A stretch of 62,019 nt of DNA, counting the filler, from Chiloscyllium plagiosum (lineage: Eukaryota): the NCBI RefSeq assembly GCF_004010195.1. It is 4 parts of one record of this genome, joined end to end, with 100 filler letters (N's around TTAATTAATTAA, not from the genome) between each part and the next. Parts side by side here need not be neighbours in the genome. Positions count along the whole stretch, not along the records: positions 1 to 26,520 come from NC_057717.1; 3 more parts are not named here. One strand, 5' to 3'. A program made the translations under genes and the position numbers. Below are positions 12,266 to 23,720 of the stretch, piece after piece (positions within the stretch are counted from its first letter, which is position 1; every line of letters begins with the position of its first letter). Under the pieces are notes generated by a model. It had not been told where the DNA came from, ran no database searches, and saw only the letters and a program-made list of their open reading frames with translations.

Positions 12266-13844
12266 GAGCAATGCATATATATTATATTGACTCTGAGCAT
12301 ATAAATGTTCACAACGAGATTCGATTTCAGTCATTTTACTCCCGCCACAGAATGCTTTTGTCTTTCTTCATTCACGTTTCCAGAATATATCAAAAAATAG
12401 GTTTTCTCACCCTGTCAACTGTATAATTTCAAATTGAATGGCAGCAATAATAAGCTCAATCGCAACAGACTGGTATTTTTTCGCCTGAACGTCTCCGAAA
12501 GTTTTAAGGGGTCACGATCAGTGAAAAAGATTTGTCTCAGGTATGTTATTCGCAATTTAAATGCTGAAATGTTGTAACGCCAACACCAAGCTCAAGGCCT
12601 CCTTCCCCATTGTGGAATAAATCTGTTGATGTTTCCACTGGACGCTCCAACCACACATTACATAATGGAGCACTCCTCATCTCTCCAATAGTCCTTCTGA
12701 ATTACATAGCTCCTCATGTCTCAGCATAAAGTATTACATGCTTCTGTACCTCTTAAGCTGAAAACCCTTTACCTGCTACTTCAGGCCTTGGCCAGTAAAC
12801 CTTACTCGCACAGGTATATGTTTTAAGAAGATCTCGCACATTTTCTCAATCTCTCACAAAAACCAAACTTTGATTTCTGAACCAAATTATCATCGTCAGC
12901 CATTTCAAATTCTAATCTTGCCACTCTTTCTCTCTGATCTTCCACGCGAGTTTTCACGACTGCAGGAAGTGAATTGTTGAACTTCTCCAAAATAAGAATC
13001 TCTCTAAGAGTGCCATAGTTTTGCTCTGTTTTTAATGCCCTTCTCCACCTTTCAAAATTACTTTGTTTGATTCTTTCAAATTCAATGTCCGTTTAACGAC
13101 GGAGCTTTTTTTAGATTCCAGATACTTCCACTGATCGGGATGCAAATACCTATCAGCTCTGTGTGGATCAAATATATTCACATGTTAACTATCACTGCAT
13201 TTGTTTAGCCACTTTCTCAAATGAAATTTAAATGGCTTCCCCATCCTTCTCATCAAATTTAGACAATGCCTGGGCGTATTTAAACAGAAACCCATCAAAC
13301 TTTTGGCTACTAAAGGGTTGCTCATCCTCACTATCCTCCTCATGTAGTCTACGATCTACCTTCATCTCCGCCTTCTATGTCAACTTTCCTCTCGAATTAC
13401 TAACTTTTGAAGTTGAAAATCTCTGGTTTTCTTCTCTCTCTTTCTCTCTTTCTTCTTCATTTCCTTTTCTTTTATTTCTACTTCTCATTTTAATTTAAAT
13501 GGTTTCAATTCCTTCTCGTGTTCAAGGCTCTGCATTTCAAATTGAATTCTAGCCATTTCCAAAAAGTCTGATGGCATTTGCACCAAATGTAATTGCCGAG
13601 CTATAGCTGCAATTATCTCTCATTTTCTCACAGACAAACACAACCCCAACTCCAGCTTGTCTGCCAATTCCTCCAGCTTTGCCTTCGTTTCCTTTCGTAT
13701 AAACCCCAACTTCACTTCTTCCACACCCAGAGAACTCTCAGTGACTGAAAGAATCTTTATACACAAAACGCATTTTAAACCAACCGAATTCAACATCCGG
13801 ACCAACGACCATACGCGACTTTTGAACCCAATAGTCTCCGTTGC

Positions 13845-14100
13845 ATACTCTCCAGTGTCTGCATGAGAGAATTCTGGATACTCTGGTTTCCTCCCACAAT
13901 CTAAAGGTGTGCATGTCAGGTGAATTGGCCATGCTAAATTGTTTGTAGTTTTCAGGCTTGTGTGGGTTAGGAGCCTTTGTCGGGATAAATGTACCCTCTA
14001 ATAATAGGGTAGAGGAATGGGTCTGGGAAGGTTACTCCTCGGACTGTCGGTGTGGACTTGTTGGGTCAAATGGTCTGTTTGCACATTGTAGGGATTGTAA
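13845..14100 (+). mobile_element. HE1-type V-SINE, partial, nested in the Gypsy 5' region
   Basis: ggtttcctcccacaatctaaaggtgtgcatgtcaggtgaattggccatgctaaattg core plus a CR1-like tail. Confidence 0.8.
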
Positions 14101-16307
14101 TTCAAAGCCAATTTGGTCTTATCGATTTAGAACCAAACAAGAGTCTACAGTTTGCTATAGACCAACCAGACTGCCTCAAACTATTTCAAGTGGGTAGCTA
14201 ACATTGGATGCTAACATTTTCTTATTTTAAAGGCAGATACGAAGTGGAATTTCCAGATATGATGCTCCTCGCCAAACCACTCACCATTAATTAAAACATA
14301 ATATATTTAAACACTCTAATGAAAATCCATACAAAATGAAGAGGATTTTAGAATAACTTAACCATTGGAAACGTTAAACGAACAATGGATACAATGAACT
14401 GTTCAAATATACTAACATCACCTAAACACATCCCATGGTAAAAAGGTGCATTCAGACATACAGTTCTCCAGTCCAGGAGGAAACAGCATCAAGTGAAGCT
14501 TCAGAGAGAATAGCAGTTAGGGATAATTTATTAAAACTTCCAACCCTTCTGGGACACAAGCACCTGGTGACTTACAGCTATAAGGAAAAAACTAGAAAGC
14601 CTGGTCTATGCGAGCTGGCCATTGTTACTGCTATTTATTAAAAACCCTAAAACCCTAAAATTTATTTACTTGAGCTGTTTACAGCAGGCAATTTGGACTT
14701 TAAGATCTCTTGTTAAAAAAAAGAGAAAATGACCTTTTTGTAAAAAAAAAAGAGTGACAGCATTATCACACAATTTAGATGTCTGGTCCTTTACTCAATG
14801 AGCTTCCCCATGTTACTGATCGCAAGGTCACCTGAGTCGGGCAAACACAGGTACACTCCAAGTTACAAGGATATGTCGCATAACTTCTGAAACACGCCGT
14901 CCATGGGCCATCACATGGGACATACCAGGAAGTGAAAAATAGCCTGACACACAACATTTCACGGTTTCTGAGCTACACAATGCCAGCACTCGATACAAAA
15001 TATAGCCAAAACCCAAGTCCAGGGAAAGATACAGAGGGACAGAGATTCATATTAAAGACAGAAACAGACAGTTAATTAACTGGGAGGAGGTTGTGGAAAT
15101 ATGGGAAAAAAGACAGAGCAGTGCGACTAACTGGAGAAGTGAGATCTTCGTGAGTAAAATGACAACAATGAGAACATTGAATAAAGGAATTGTCAGATCA
15201 TCTGAAATGGTTTGTTACATCAAATTCTGGATCTGCTTGATAGAACACCACAAACAACATAAACTGGGACAAGATGACAGCCCAGCATGGAGAGCTGTGC
15301 AGACCATGCTAGTGTGTTGCTCAGTAAACTGCACTATCTGCCCAGCAAGGAGAGCATTGCAAACTTTACTATCATATGATACCTATACTCGCATCAGATT
15401 ACTGTTTCCAATGGGAAGGTTGGCTCTCTCTGCGTGCGTGTGTGTGTGTGTTCATCAGAGTGTGAGAGAGAGAATGCGTGTGTGCGTGCGATTGGCGTGG
15501 CTTAATGCGAAACTCATTGAGAAGGAACGCACATGGAGGAAACTATTTTAAATACGAACAAATGGCAGGCTTTTGGATAATCACCAGAGAGAGAACGAGA
15601 GAATTTTCATGAACAGATGAGGTAAAGTGTTTGAAAATGTTCAAATAAAGGCATTGTCATAAAAATAGCAATATATATCCGCGTGAACATGAATGACAGA
15701 TGGATGCGAGTTTGGTGTGAGTTCGAATCAGATTTGCTTCGGCAGGATTGAAGCCGGGAGCGTCAGCAGCAAATTATTAACTTCATTAAGACTGTATTTT
15801 ATAACTCAAGGTTCAAACAGGAGATGGAATAAGCCAGTGAGATACATTGTGGAGTGGTGAGTATTTCAAGTTAGAAACGGACAGGGCATGGTGTCAAGAG
15901 TCAGCTCATGATCAATGGGATCACCCACAGTTATGACTCGTCTGCTTCAGCCACAGATATTGGCCAGGGATGGGTTGGAAATACTGGAACGAAGTGGAGT
16001 TTGTAACCAGAACAGTAGAGAGTGACCTCCATGCTCTTAATATTTAAATAACAAAGGCAAAGATACAATACATTGCAGTTATCTGCTGAAACTGAGTAGG
16101 TCAACACACCATGAGTAACATTACCAAAGCAGAGGGAGGCAGTAATTGAACACCTTCATTGATGGAGATAGTAGAGGTCTGTAGAGTAAATATCTGGATT
16201 CAGAGTTTCAACAGGAACAATAATAATGGGTAAAAGTGTAGAATATATGAAAGAACAATAATACAGTCATAACTAGTTTATAGAAAAAAATGGGCAGTGA
16301 CACTTAC

Positions 16308-16611
16308 CAGGAACACCAACGATAGCCAGGAAAGGATAATAAAATTATTGAATAAAGCAAAGAGTGTAATTGATCTGCGATGATAATGGCAACGAATAAA
16401 ATACAGAAAGATACCAAATATAATTGGATAAACTCCTGTCTATTGTCGGAATATTCCAGTCGAATGTTCTCGGATTCTGATCCATGTTTAGAACATTCCA
16501 GTCTAATGTTCTCAGATTCTGATCCATTGTTGGAACATTCCAGTCTAATGTCCTCAAATTCTGTTCCATTGTTGGAATATTCCAGTCTAATGTTCTCAGA
16601 AACTGATCCAT
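16308..16611 (-). pseudogene. GPCR (shark GPR139-like family) first coding exon, copy 1; premature stop
   Basis: ATG at 16611. Translation MDQFLRTLDWNIPT..(repeats)..IDRSLSNYIWYLSVFYSLPLSSQINYTLCFIQ*FYYPFLAIVGVP, then phase-1 donor G|GTAAGT (16307-16302). TAA at 16347-16345, where copy 2 has TAT. Family assignment is from recall of the YYPxLAxVGVP|VN TM1 split. Confidence 0.75.
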
Positions 16612-16692
16612 TGTTGGAACATTCCAGTCTAATGTTCTCAAATCCTGTTGCTTTGTTGGAACATTCCAGTCTAATGTCCTCAGATTCTGATC
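16449..16692 (-). repeat. 42-bp coding minisatellite, ~6 units (14-aa consensus MDQNLRTLDWNVPT)
   Basis: gaa(c/t)attccagtc recurs at 16449, 16491, 16533, 16575, 16617 and 16659. Confidence 0.95.
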
Positions 16693-17689
16693 ACTCCTCC
16701 CCCTCTCTCTGGATCTGTTGATCCCTGTCAGTGCTGTTGATGATGGCCCCGCTCATATTATGGGATAATACATTGAACGGCGCCCATTTATCATTAAAAG
16801 ATGGAAACCCTCCACTGGGATAATTAGAATCCATGGAGATCGGCAATAATCACAGTCACAGAACAAATAGAATCAGTTAACCAGTTCCATAAATTACTTT
16901 TCATTTCACTATAAAAGGGAACATTTACCGGTTTTGGATGGAATGGATGAGGGTTGCTGAGAGATGGACCATAAATCTTTCAATTTTTATTACTTTTTCC
17001 TTGCATACGAGATTATTAACAGAACACTGCAGGGGTCTATATATGTTCCACTCTGTTTATGAAAGGAAACAGTTATAAAATAACAGATCGGCTACATAAA
17101 AAAAAGTCGGATGGGCAAGTTTCTAGATGCCTTAACCTACAGTATGATACTTATTGACCAGTGTGATGCTACTCCGGATTTTAAGTGCCCTGTTTTCAAA
17201 TCCTTTCATAACATTGAGACAGAGCACTGACACTGCTACTCAGGAACAGGCCGAAGCAATTCTTTCCCTCTGGGCCTCTTACAGAAGGATAGGAGAAGGC
17301 CATTCAGTCCATATTAGCCTGCTATTACTTGAAAAGATGGAACTCTGGAATATTAGCACATTTTGCCAACAAAATCATTCAAAATAAAAGTATTTGTCGC
17401 TGCAGCTGTATGAGGTGTCACTGAGAGGACACCTGGAGTTCATTGTTTCTGTAATTGAGAAGGGATGGTCTTTCATCAGATACATCCATCATTGGTTGCT
17501 CGTAATCCAGGGGTTGATGTGTCATTTAAAGTCTCGTGACTGTTATACAGGGACAGGAGGATCCTAAGCAGCCTCTCGAGCCTGTTACCGTGGGGCAGGA
17601 AGTCTTTATTTAACATTTTAAGTCTGTTACGCATAAATATTACATTTAAACTAGTTATGGAATAGGAAAGACCTAATGTAAGCAATAAA

Positions 17690-18137
17690 GTTCTAACTTT
17701 GAACTAGGCCAATTTTGAAAGTGTTAGGCGAGTCCTGTGAAAGGCTAATTGGAATACTCTATTCGCAGGTAAAGTGATGGTTGGAAAATGCAAGGCAATC
17801 AAAACTTGGTTTCAGAGAGTCCAGAGCCAACGTGTTTCCCATTAGTGAGATGGGCAAGGCTGGTGGGTGCAGGGAGTGCTGGATGGCTAGAAATACTGAT
17901 GCTCTGGTCAAGGTAAGAAAGGAGGCATATGTCAGGTAAACAGAACTGAAATCAAGTGGATCCCCAGAGAAGTATAAGGGCAGTAAGTGTATAGTCAACT
18001 GGGAAATCGGGCCAGAAAAATGTGAACACGAGTTAGCTTTAGAAATAGGGTTAACGAGGTATTGAAGAAATTATACAAATCTTTTCATGGCAAAAGATTA
18101 ACTCGGGAGAGAATATGGCACCTTAAAGATCAGTAAG
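17690..18137 (+). mobile_element. Decayed CR1 ORF2 fragment running into a gap
   Basis: Resembles the CR1 post-endonuclease region and is homologous to the minus-strand CR1 at ~50100-50450. Confidence 0.65.
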
Positions 18138-18637
18138 NNNNNNNNNNNNNNNNNNNNNNNNNNNNNNNNNNNNNNNNNNNNNNNNNNNNNNNNNNNNNNN
18201 NNNNNNNNNNNNNNNNNNNNNNNNNNNNNNNNNNNNNNNNNNNNNNNNNNNNNNNNNNNNNNNNNNNNNNNNNNNNNNNNNNNNNNNNNNNNNNNNNNNN
18301 NNNNNNNNNNNNNNNNNNNNNNNNNNNNNNNNNNNNNNNNNNNNNNNNNNNNNNNNNNNNNNNNNNNNNNNNNNNNNNNNNNNNNNNNNNNNNNNNNNNN
18401 NNNNNNNNNNNNNNNNNNNNNNNNNNNNNNNNNNNNNNNNNNNNNNNNNNNNNNNNNNNNNNNNNNNNNNNNNNNNNNNNNNNNNNNNNNNNNNNNNNNN
18501 NNNNNNNNNNNNNNNNNNNNNNNNNNNNNNNNNNNNNNNNNNNNNNNNNNNNNNNNNNNNNNNNNNNNNNNNNNNNNNNNNNNNNNNNNNNNNNNNNNNN
18601 NNNNNNNNNNNNNNNNNNNNNNNNNNNNNNNNNNNNN

Positions 18638-19802
18638 TATGATGTAACTGAAACTACACATTGAAAAATACCTTGATTGTCTGTTGAGTGTTTCATCTGT
18701 TCGAATACTATGATAGTTTAGCTTCTCCGTGTGTAAATCAAAAAAAANNNNNNNNNNNNNNNNNNNNNNNNNNNNNNNNACACAATATGTCGAAGGTGTT
18801 AGCGCCTTGTGTTCTCTGTTTATGCCATGATGTTTAGATCGATTCTAACCTAAAAAGTCAGCTACCAGAGTTTTACTGTATTCATGCAGTTTTTGAGCAA
18901 AGTACAATGTAACTCTGCAAGTACAAATTCACCACAGAAAATGTATGTGTGTATGTGGGTCTTTGTGTCTGTCTATGTGTATGTCTGTCTGGCTTGGGGG
19001 TTGTGAATGTGAGAGAGAGTGTATATGTGTGTGTAGTGATTGCAGAGTGTCTTAATTCTGTGAGGGGGTGCATGTGTGAGTGTGGAAGTGTGTGTGTGTC
19101 TAGGGTGAGGGTTTGCGAGTGTCTGTGAGAGAGAGGGTATATGTGCCTGCATGAGTGTAGATTGGCCTACGTCTCTGAGAGGATGCATGTGTGAGTATCG
19201 GAGTGTGTGTGTCTGTAAGGGTGTGTGCGAGTGTCTGTGTGCATGTCTGTGTATATGTGTGTCCGTGTGTATCTGTGTGTATAGGAGTGACTCTGTGTGT
19301 GTGTGTGTAGGTGTGTCTGTGTGTGTATATAGTGCAATGGTGGTCACCTGTAGTATGACATGAATTCAAGGCCCTCCCTATGGGTACTGAACTTAGCTGT
19401 CAGCCCCTGCTCGGCCACTTTTCACTGTTGCCTGTCCCAAAGTCCGCCTTGCAGGATGGTCAGCCGAAGGTCCGATGTCGAATGTCCTGTACCACAGAAG
19501 TGCCCCCCAACTGGGAGAAAACACTTCTGTCTGTTGATTGTTGTACGGTGCCCATTCATCCGTTGTTGTAGCCTTTGCTCGGTTTCCCCAATGTACCATG
19601 CCTCCGGGCATCCCAGTTGGGGGGCACTTCTGTGGCACAGGACATTCGACCTCGGACCTTTGGCTGACCATTCTCTAAGGCGGACTTCAGGACAGGCAAC
19701 AGCGAAAAGTGGCTGATCGGGGCTGATAGCGAAGTTTGGTACCCATAGGCAGGACCTTGGGTTCATGTCATACCACTGCACTATATACACACACAGACAC
19801 AC

Positions 19803-19837
<35 letters not shown>

Positions 19838-20140
19838 CACTCCTATACACACACATACACACGGACACACATATACACAGACACACACACAGACACTCGC
19901 ACACACCCTTACAGACACACACACACTCCCATACTCACACATGCATCCACTCAGTGACTTAGACCACTCTACACTTATGCAGGCACATATACCCTCTCTC
20001 TCACAGAAACTCGCAAACCCTCACCCCAGACACACACACACTTCTACATTCACACATGCACCCCCTCACAGAATTAAGGCACTCTGCAATCACTGCACAC
20101 ACATATACACATTCTCTCGCATTCACAACCCCCAAACCAG
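18638..20140. mobile_element. Arm-B copy of the inverted Penelope pair, with the centre deleted
   Basis: GIY-YIG fragment GCPEAWYIGETEQRLQQRMNGHR on (-) is joined at ~19612 to the oppositely oriented copy; CA/GT-rich tails on both sides. Confidence 0.85.
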
Positions 20141-20619
20141 ATAGCCACCGCACAACAATCAACAGACAGAAGTGTTGCCTCCCAGTAACATCCTGACATT
20201 TTCTGTAAGATATGATTCTGTGAGTATGACTATATCCCAGACACCCCATCACTTTCCCCGGATTTCTCCTGTCTCACCAGCAGAACAGACAGAGAACCGC
20301 CAGGGAATTCCTAGAGGCATGGCACTCATCCACAGATTCAATCAACAAACACATCGACCTGGACCCAATATACTGACCACTGCAGCGGACAGCTGGAACT
20401 GACAACTGGAAGCGGCAGATACAAATCACTATAAATGCCGGAGGAAACATCACAGAAGCGCTTCACAGGAAGCTCCCAAGCACTGAGAATGTCACCTAGA
20501 CAGGGGACGGAACGTCTGCAAAACAAAATTCCCAGCTCGGCAAACAGAACCACAACAACGAGCACCTGAGCTACAAATCTTCTCACATTAGTAATTATTA
20601 GTAGTTATTAGAATTAGTA

Positions 20620-22972
20620 ACAGACACAGCAGAAGTGGCGGCGCAGTGGGATACAAATCGAAGGGAATTGCTCTGGGTGTCCTCAACAGTGACTCCGTAT
20701 CCCATGAAGTCTTACGGTGTTAGTTTACCCATGGGAAAGGAAACCTCCTGCTGATTACCATGTACCGGCCTCACTTAACTGATGAATCAGTACTCCTCCA
20801 TGCTGAACAACACTTGGAGGAAGCCCTGAGCGTGGCAAGGACACAGATTTGTACTCTGGGTGGGGGATTTCAATGTCCACCACCAAGTGCGGCTCAGCTG
20901 CAGCATTACTGATCAAACAGGTTGGGTTCTTAAGAATGAGTCTGCCGCAGTTGGTGAAGGAACTAACAAGAGACATATTTGACCTCATTCCTACTAATCT
21001 GCCAGTTGCAGAAGTATCTCTCCATGACAGTATCTCTAAGAGTGACCACCGCATAGTCATTATGGAGACAAAGTCACACCTTCACATTGAGAATAGCCTC
21101 CATTATATTGGGTGGCACGATCACCGTACTAAATAGGACAGAATTCGAAAAGATCTAGCAGTTCAATTCTGGGTTTCCATAGTAGTTGTGAGTCATCAAT
21201 TATACTCTTGCACAAACTCATGGCCTGGCATATCCCCCTTGCAACAATTACCATCAAGCCAGAGTATCAACCCTGGTTCAATGGAGTGTGCAGGAGGGCA
21301 GGGGTAGCACCAGGCATTCCTGAAAATGAGGTGTCAGCCTGACGCAACCACCAAAAATGACAACATGTGCACCAAACAGCATAAGCAGTAAGTAATAGAC
21401 AGAGCTATGTGATCCTAAAAGCAACGGATCAGACCTAAGATCTCCAGTTCTTCCACGTCTCGTCGAGGAATGGTAGGGACAATTAAACAAGTCATTAGAG
21501 GAGGAGATTCCACAAATATCCCCATCCTTAATGATGCAATACCACAGCACTTCAGTGCAAAAGATAAGGTTGATGCATACTCAACAATCTTCAGTAAGAA
21601 ATGCTGAGTGCATGCTCAATCTTGGCCTCCTTCAGTGGTCCTCAGTAATTCAGTTACCAGTCATTAGCAATTCCATTTAGTCCACATGATATCTAGAAAC
21701 AGTTGTTGACACTGGATACTTCAAAGGGTACATACCCTGACTACATTCTGTCAATAGTACTGAAAACTTGTGCTCTAGAACTTGCCACTTCCCTAGCTAA
21801 GCAGTTCCCATACAGTTACAACAACGACATTTACCCGATTGTGTGGAAAAGTACCAAAGTATCTGCTGTACACAAAAAGCAGAACAAATCCAATCCAGCC
21901 AGTTACCAACCCATCAATCTACTCTCAATCATCAGTAAAGTGATGGAAGGTGTCAGTGCTTTCAAGCAGCACCTGCTCAGCAATAATCTGGTCAATGACG
22001 CCAGATTGGAGTCCACCAGAGCCACTCAGCACCTGACCTCATTACCTCAAACATGGACAAAAGCACTGAATACCAGAGGTGGGGTGAGAGTGACAGGGCT
22101 TTAAATCAAGGCTGCCTCCGACGAAGTGTTGCATCAAATGGCCTTAGCAAAACTGGAATCAATGGATATCCGGGTCAAACTCCGCGCTGGTTCGAATCAT
22201 ACCTGACACACAGGAAGATGGTCATGGGTGATGAAGGTCGGTCAACTCAGCTCGAAGACAAGTCTGTAGGAATCCCTTGGGCAGTGGCTTAGGCCCAAAC
22301 GTCTTCAGATCTGCTTTATCAATGGCTTGCCTCTATTATAATGTCAGAATTGGGGATGTTCGCCAGTGATTGCACAATGTTCAGCAACATTTGTGGCTCC
22401 TCAGATACTGAAGATTTGGACAGTATCCAGGCTGACATGTGGCAAGTAATATTGACGCCACACAAATGTCAGACCCTGACCATCACCACTAAAATACAAT
22501 CTAAACACTGCCCATTGTCTTTCAATGGTGCTACCATCACTGAATCCCCCAGTATCAAAATCCTGGAGGGTAATCATTGCTCAGAAACTCACTGGACTCG
22601 CNNNNNNNNNNNNNNNNNNNNNNNNNNNNNNNNNNNNNNNNNAGCAGCCAGTTTGAGTGTTGTTTCATCCACAATGCTCCACCATCAACGGTCAGCAGCA
22701 GCAGTGTTTTACTATCTACAAGTTGCACTGAAATGATCACCAAAGATTCTCAGACACCATCTTCCCAACATACGACCCCATCTATCCAGAAGGACAAGGG
22801 TAGCAGATGTATGGGAACACCACCATTTTCAAGATCCCCTCCAAGCCAATCACCATCCTGACTTGGAAATATATCACCGTTCCTTCATTGTCACTAGGTC
22901 AGAATCCTGGGATTCCCTCCCTAATGGCATTGTGTGTCAACCACAGCAAGTGGACTGCAGAAATTCAACAAG
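20620..22972 (+). mobile_element. Arm-B copy of the CR1/L2-group LINE ORF2
   Basis: LDTSKGTYPDYILSIVLKTCALELATSLAKQFPYSYNNDIYPIVWK..KKQNKSNPASYQPINLLSIISKVMEG. Confidence 0.9.
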
Positions 22973-23199
22973 AGATTGGCAGCCTATGTTTGAAACATGT
23001 TGATCTACAAAGCTATGTATGCTCCTTTGTGTTGTTTCCTTCTGAGCAGCGCTCCGAGGTCCCTGCAGCACAGTGAGTTTTCAACCCAGAGGTCAATACT
23101 GGGAATGGCATTGTCACGCTGCCCAGTGTACATAGACCCTCCAAGGGGGGAGCTGTAACATTGAAAAGGATCTGGATCTCCTTGTACACCAGTCACTGA

Positions 23200-23720
23200 A
23201 AGCAATATTGCAGGATCAGAAAACAGTTAGGAAGATAAGTGCTGCATTGACCTTCATTTCAGGAGGATTTGAGTCCAGGAGTAAGGGTCTCTTACTGCAG
23301 CTGTACAGGGTCCTGTTGGGACCCCCTCTCGAACATTGTGCAGTAATGCGTGCAGGTTTGGTCTCCTTACCTAATAAAGGTAAACCTGACATTGAGGGAG
23401 AGCAGTGAAGGATAACCAGACTGATCTCTGGGTTGACAGGCTTGTTGTGGGAGCAGAGTTTGGGGCGACTGGGCCTTAATTCCATGGGCTTTAAGAAAAT
23501 AAGTGGTGATCTCACTGAGATATATAAAACTCTGACAGGGTGTGACAGCATGGAATCAGGGATGATAATTCCCTGGCTGGTACGTCTAAAACAAGGGCCC
23601 ACAATATTAGGTACAGGCAGGACACTCTGCATTGAGATGAGAATAAATGTCTGCTCTCAGAGACTGGGGAATTCGCTCACACCTGGAAGCGAAGGCACTG
23701 AATATAAATAAGAATTTAGA
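23200..23720 (+). mobile_element. Decayed CR1 3' fragment
   Basis: LLLQLYRVLLGPPLEHC and ISGDLTEIYKTLTG resemble the CR1 ORF2 C-terminus. Confidence 0.8.

Larger units (their letters stand above)
10890..14772 (-). mobile_element. Internally deleted Gmr1-like Gypsy LTR element (diverged LTRs ~10890-11510 and ~14152-14772; gag, protease start, RNase H)
   Basis: The two ~620-bp direct repeats end in tcctcaca and ttatcaca. PPT-like aaaggtggag at 11513-11522 (-). Gag N-terminus LGVEEVKLGFIRKETKAKLEELADKLEL, SCAN-like IEFERIKQSNFERW..LREILILEKFNNSLP, RNase H-like region ~12400-12700. Confidence 0.8.

Noticed and set aside
16449..16692. Regularly spaced 42-bp repeats as a CRISPR array
   Set aside because: Head-to-tail units with no unique spacers, no cas genes, and a vertebrate context
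6415..20144. His/Thr-rich or Val/Cys-rich ORFs (THTHTH, VCVCV)
   Set aside because: Translations of CA/GT microsatellite-like Penelope tails, not proteins
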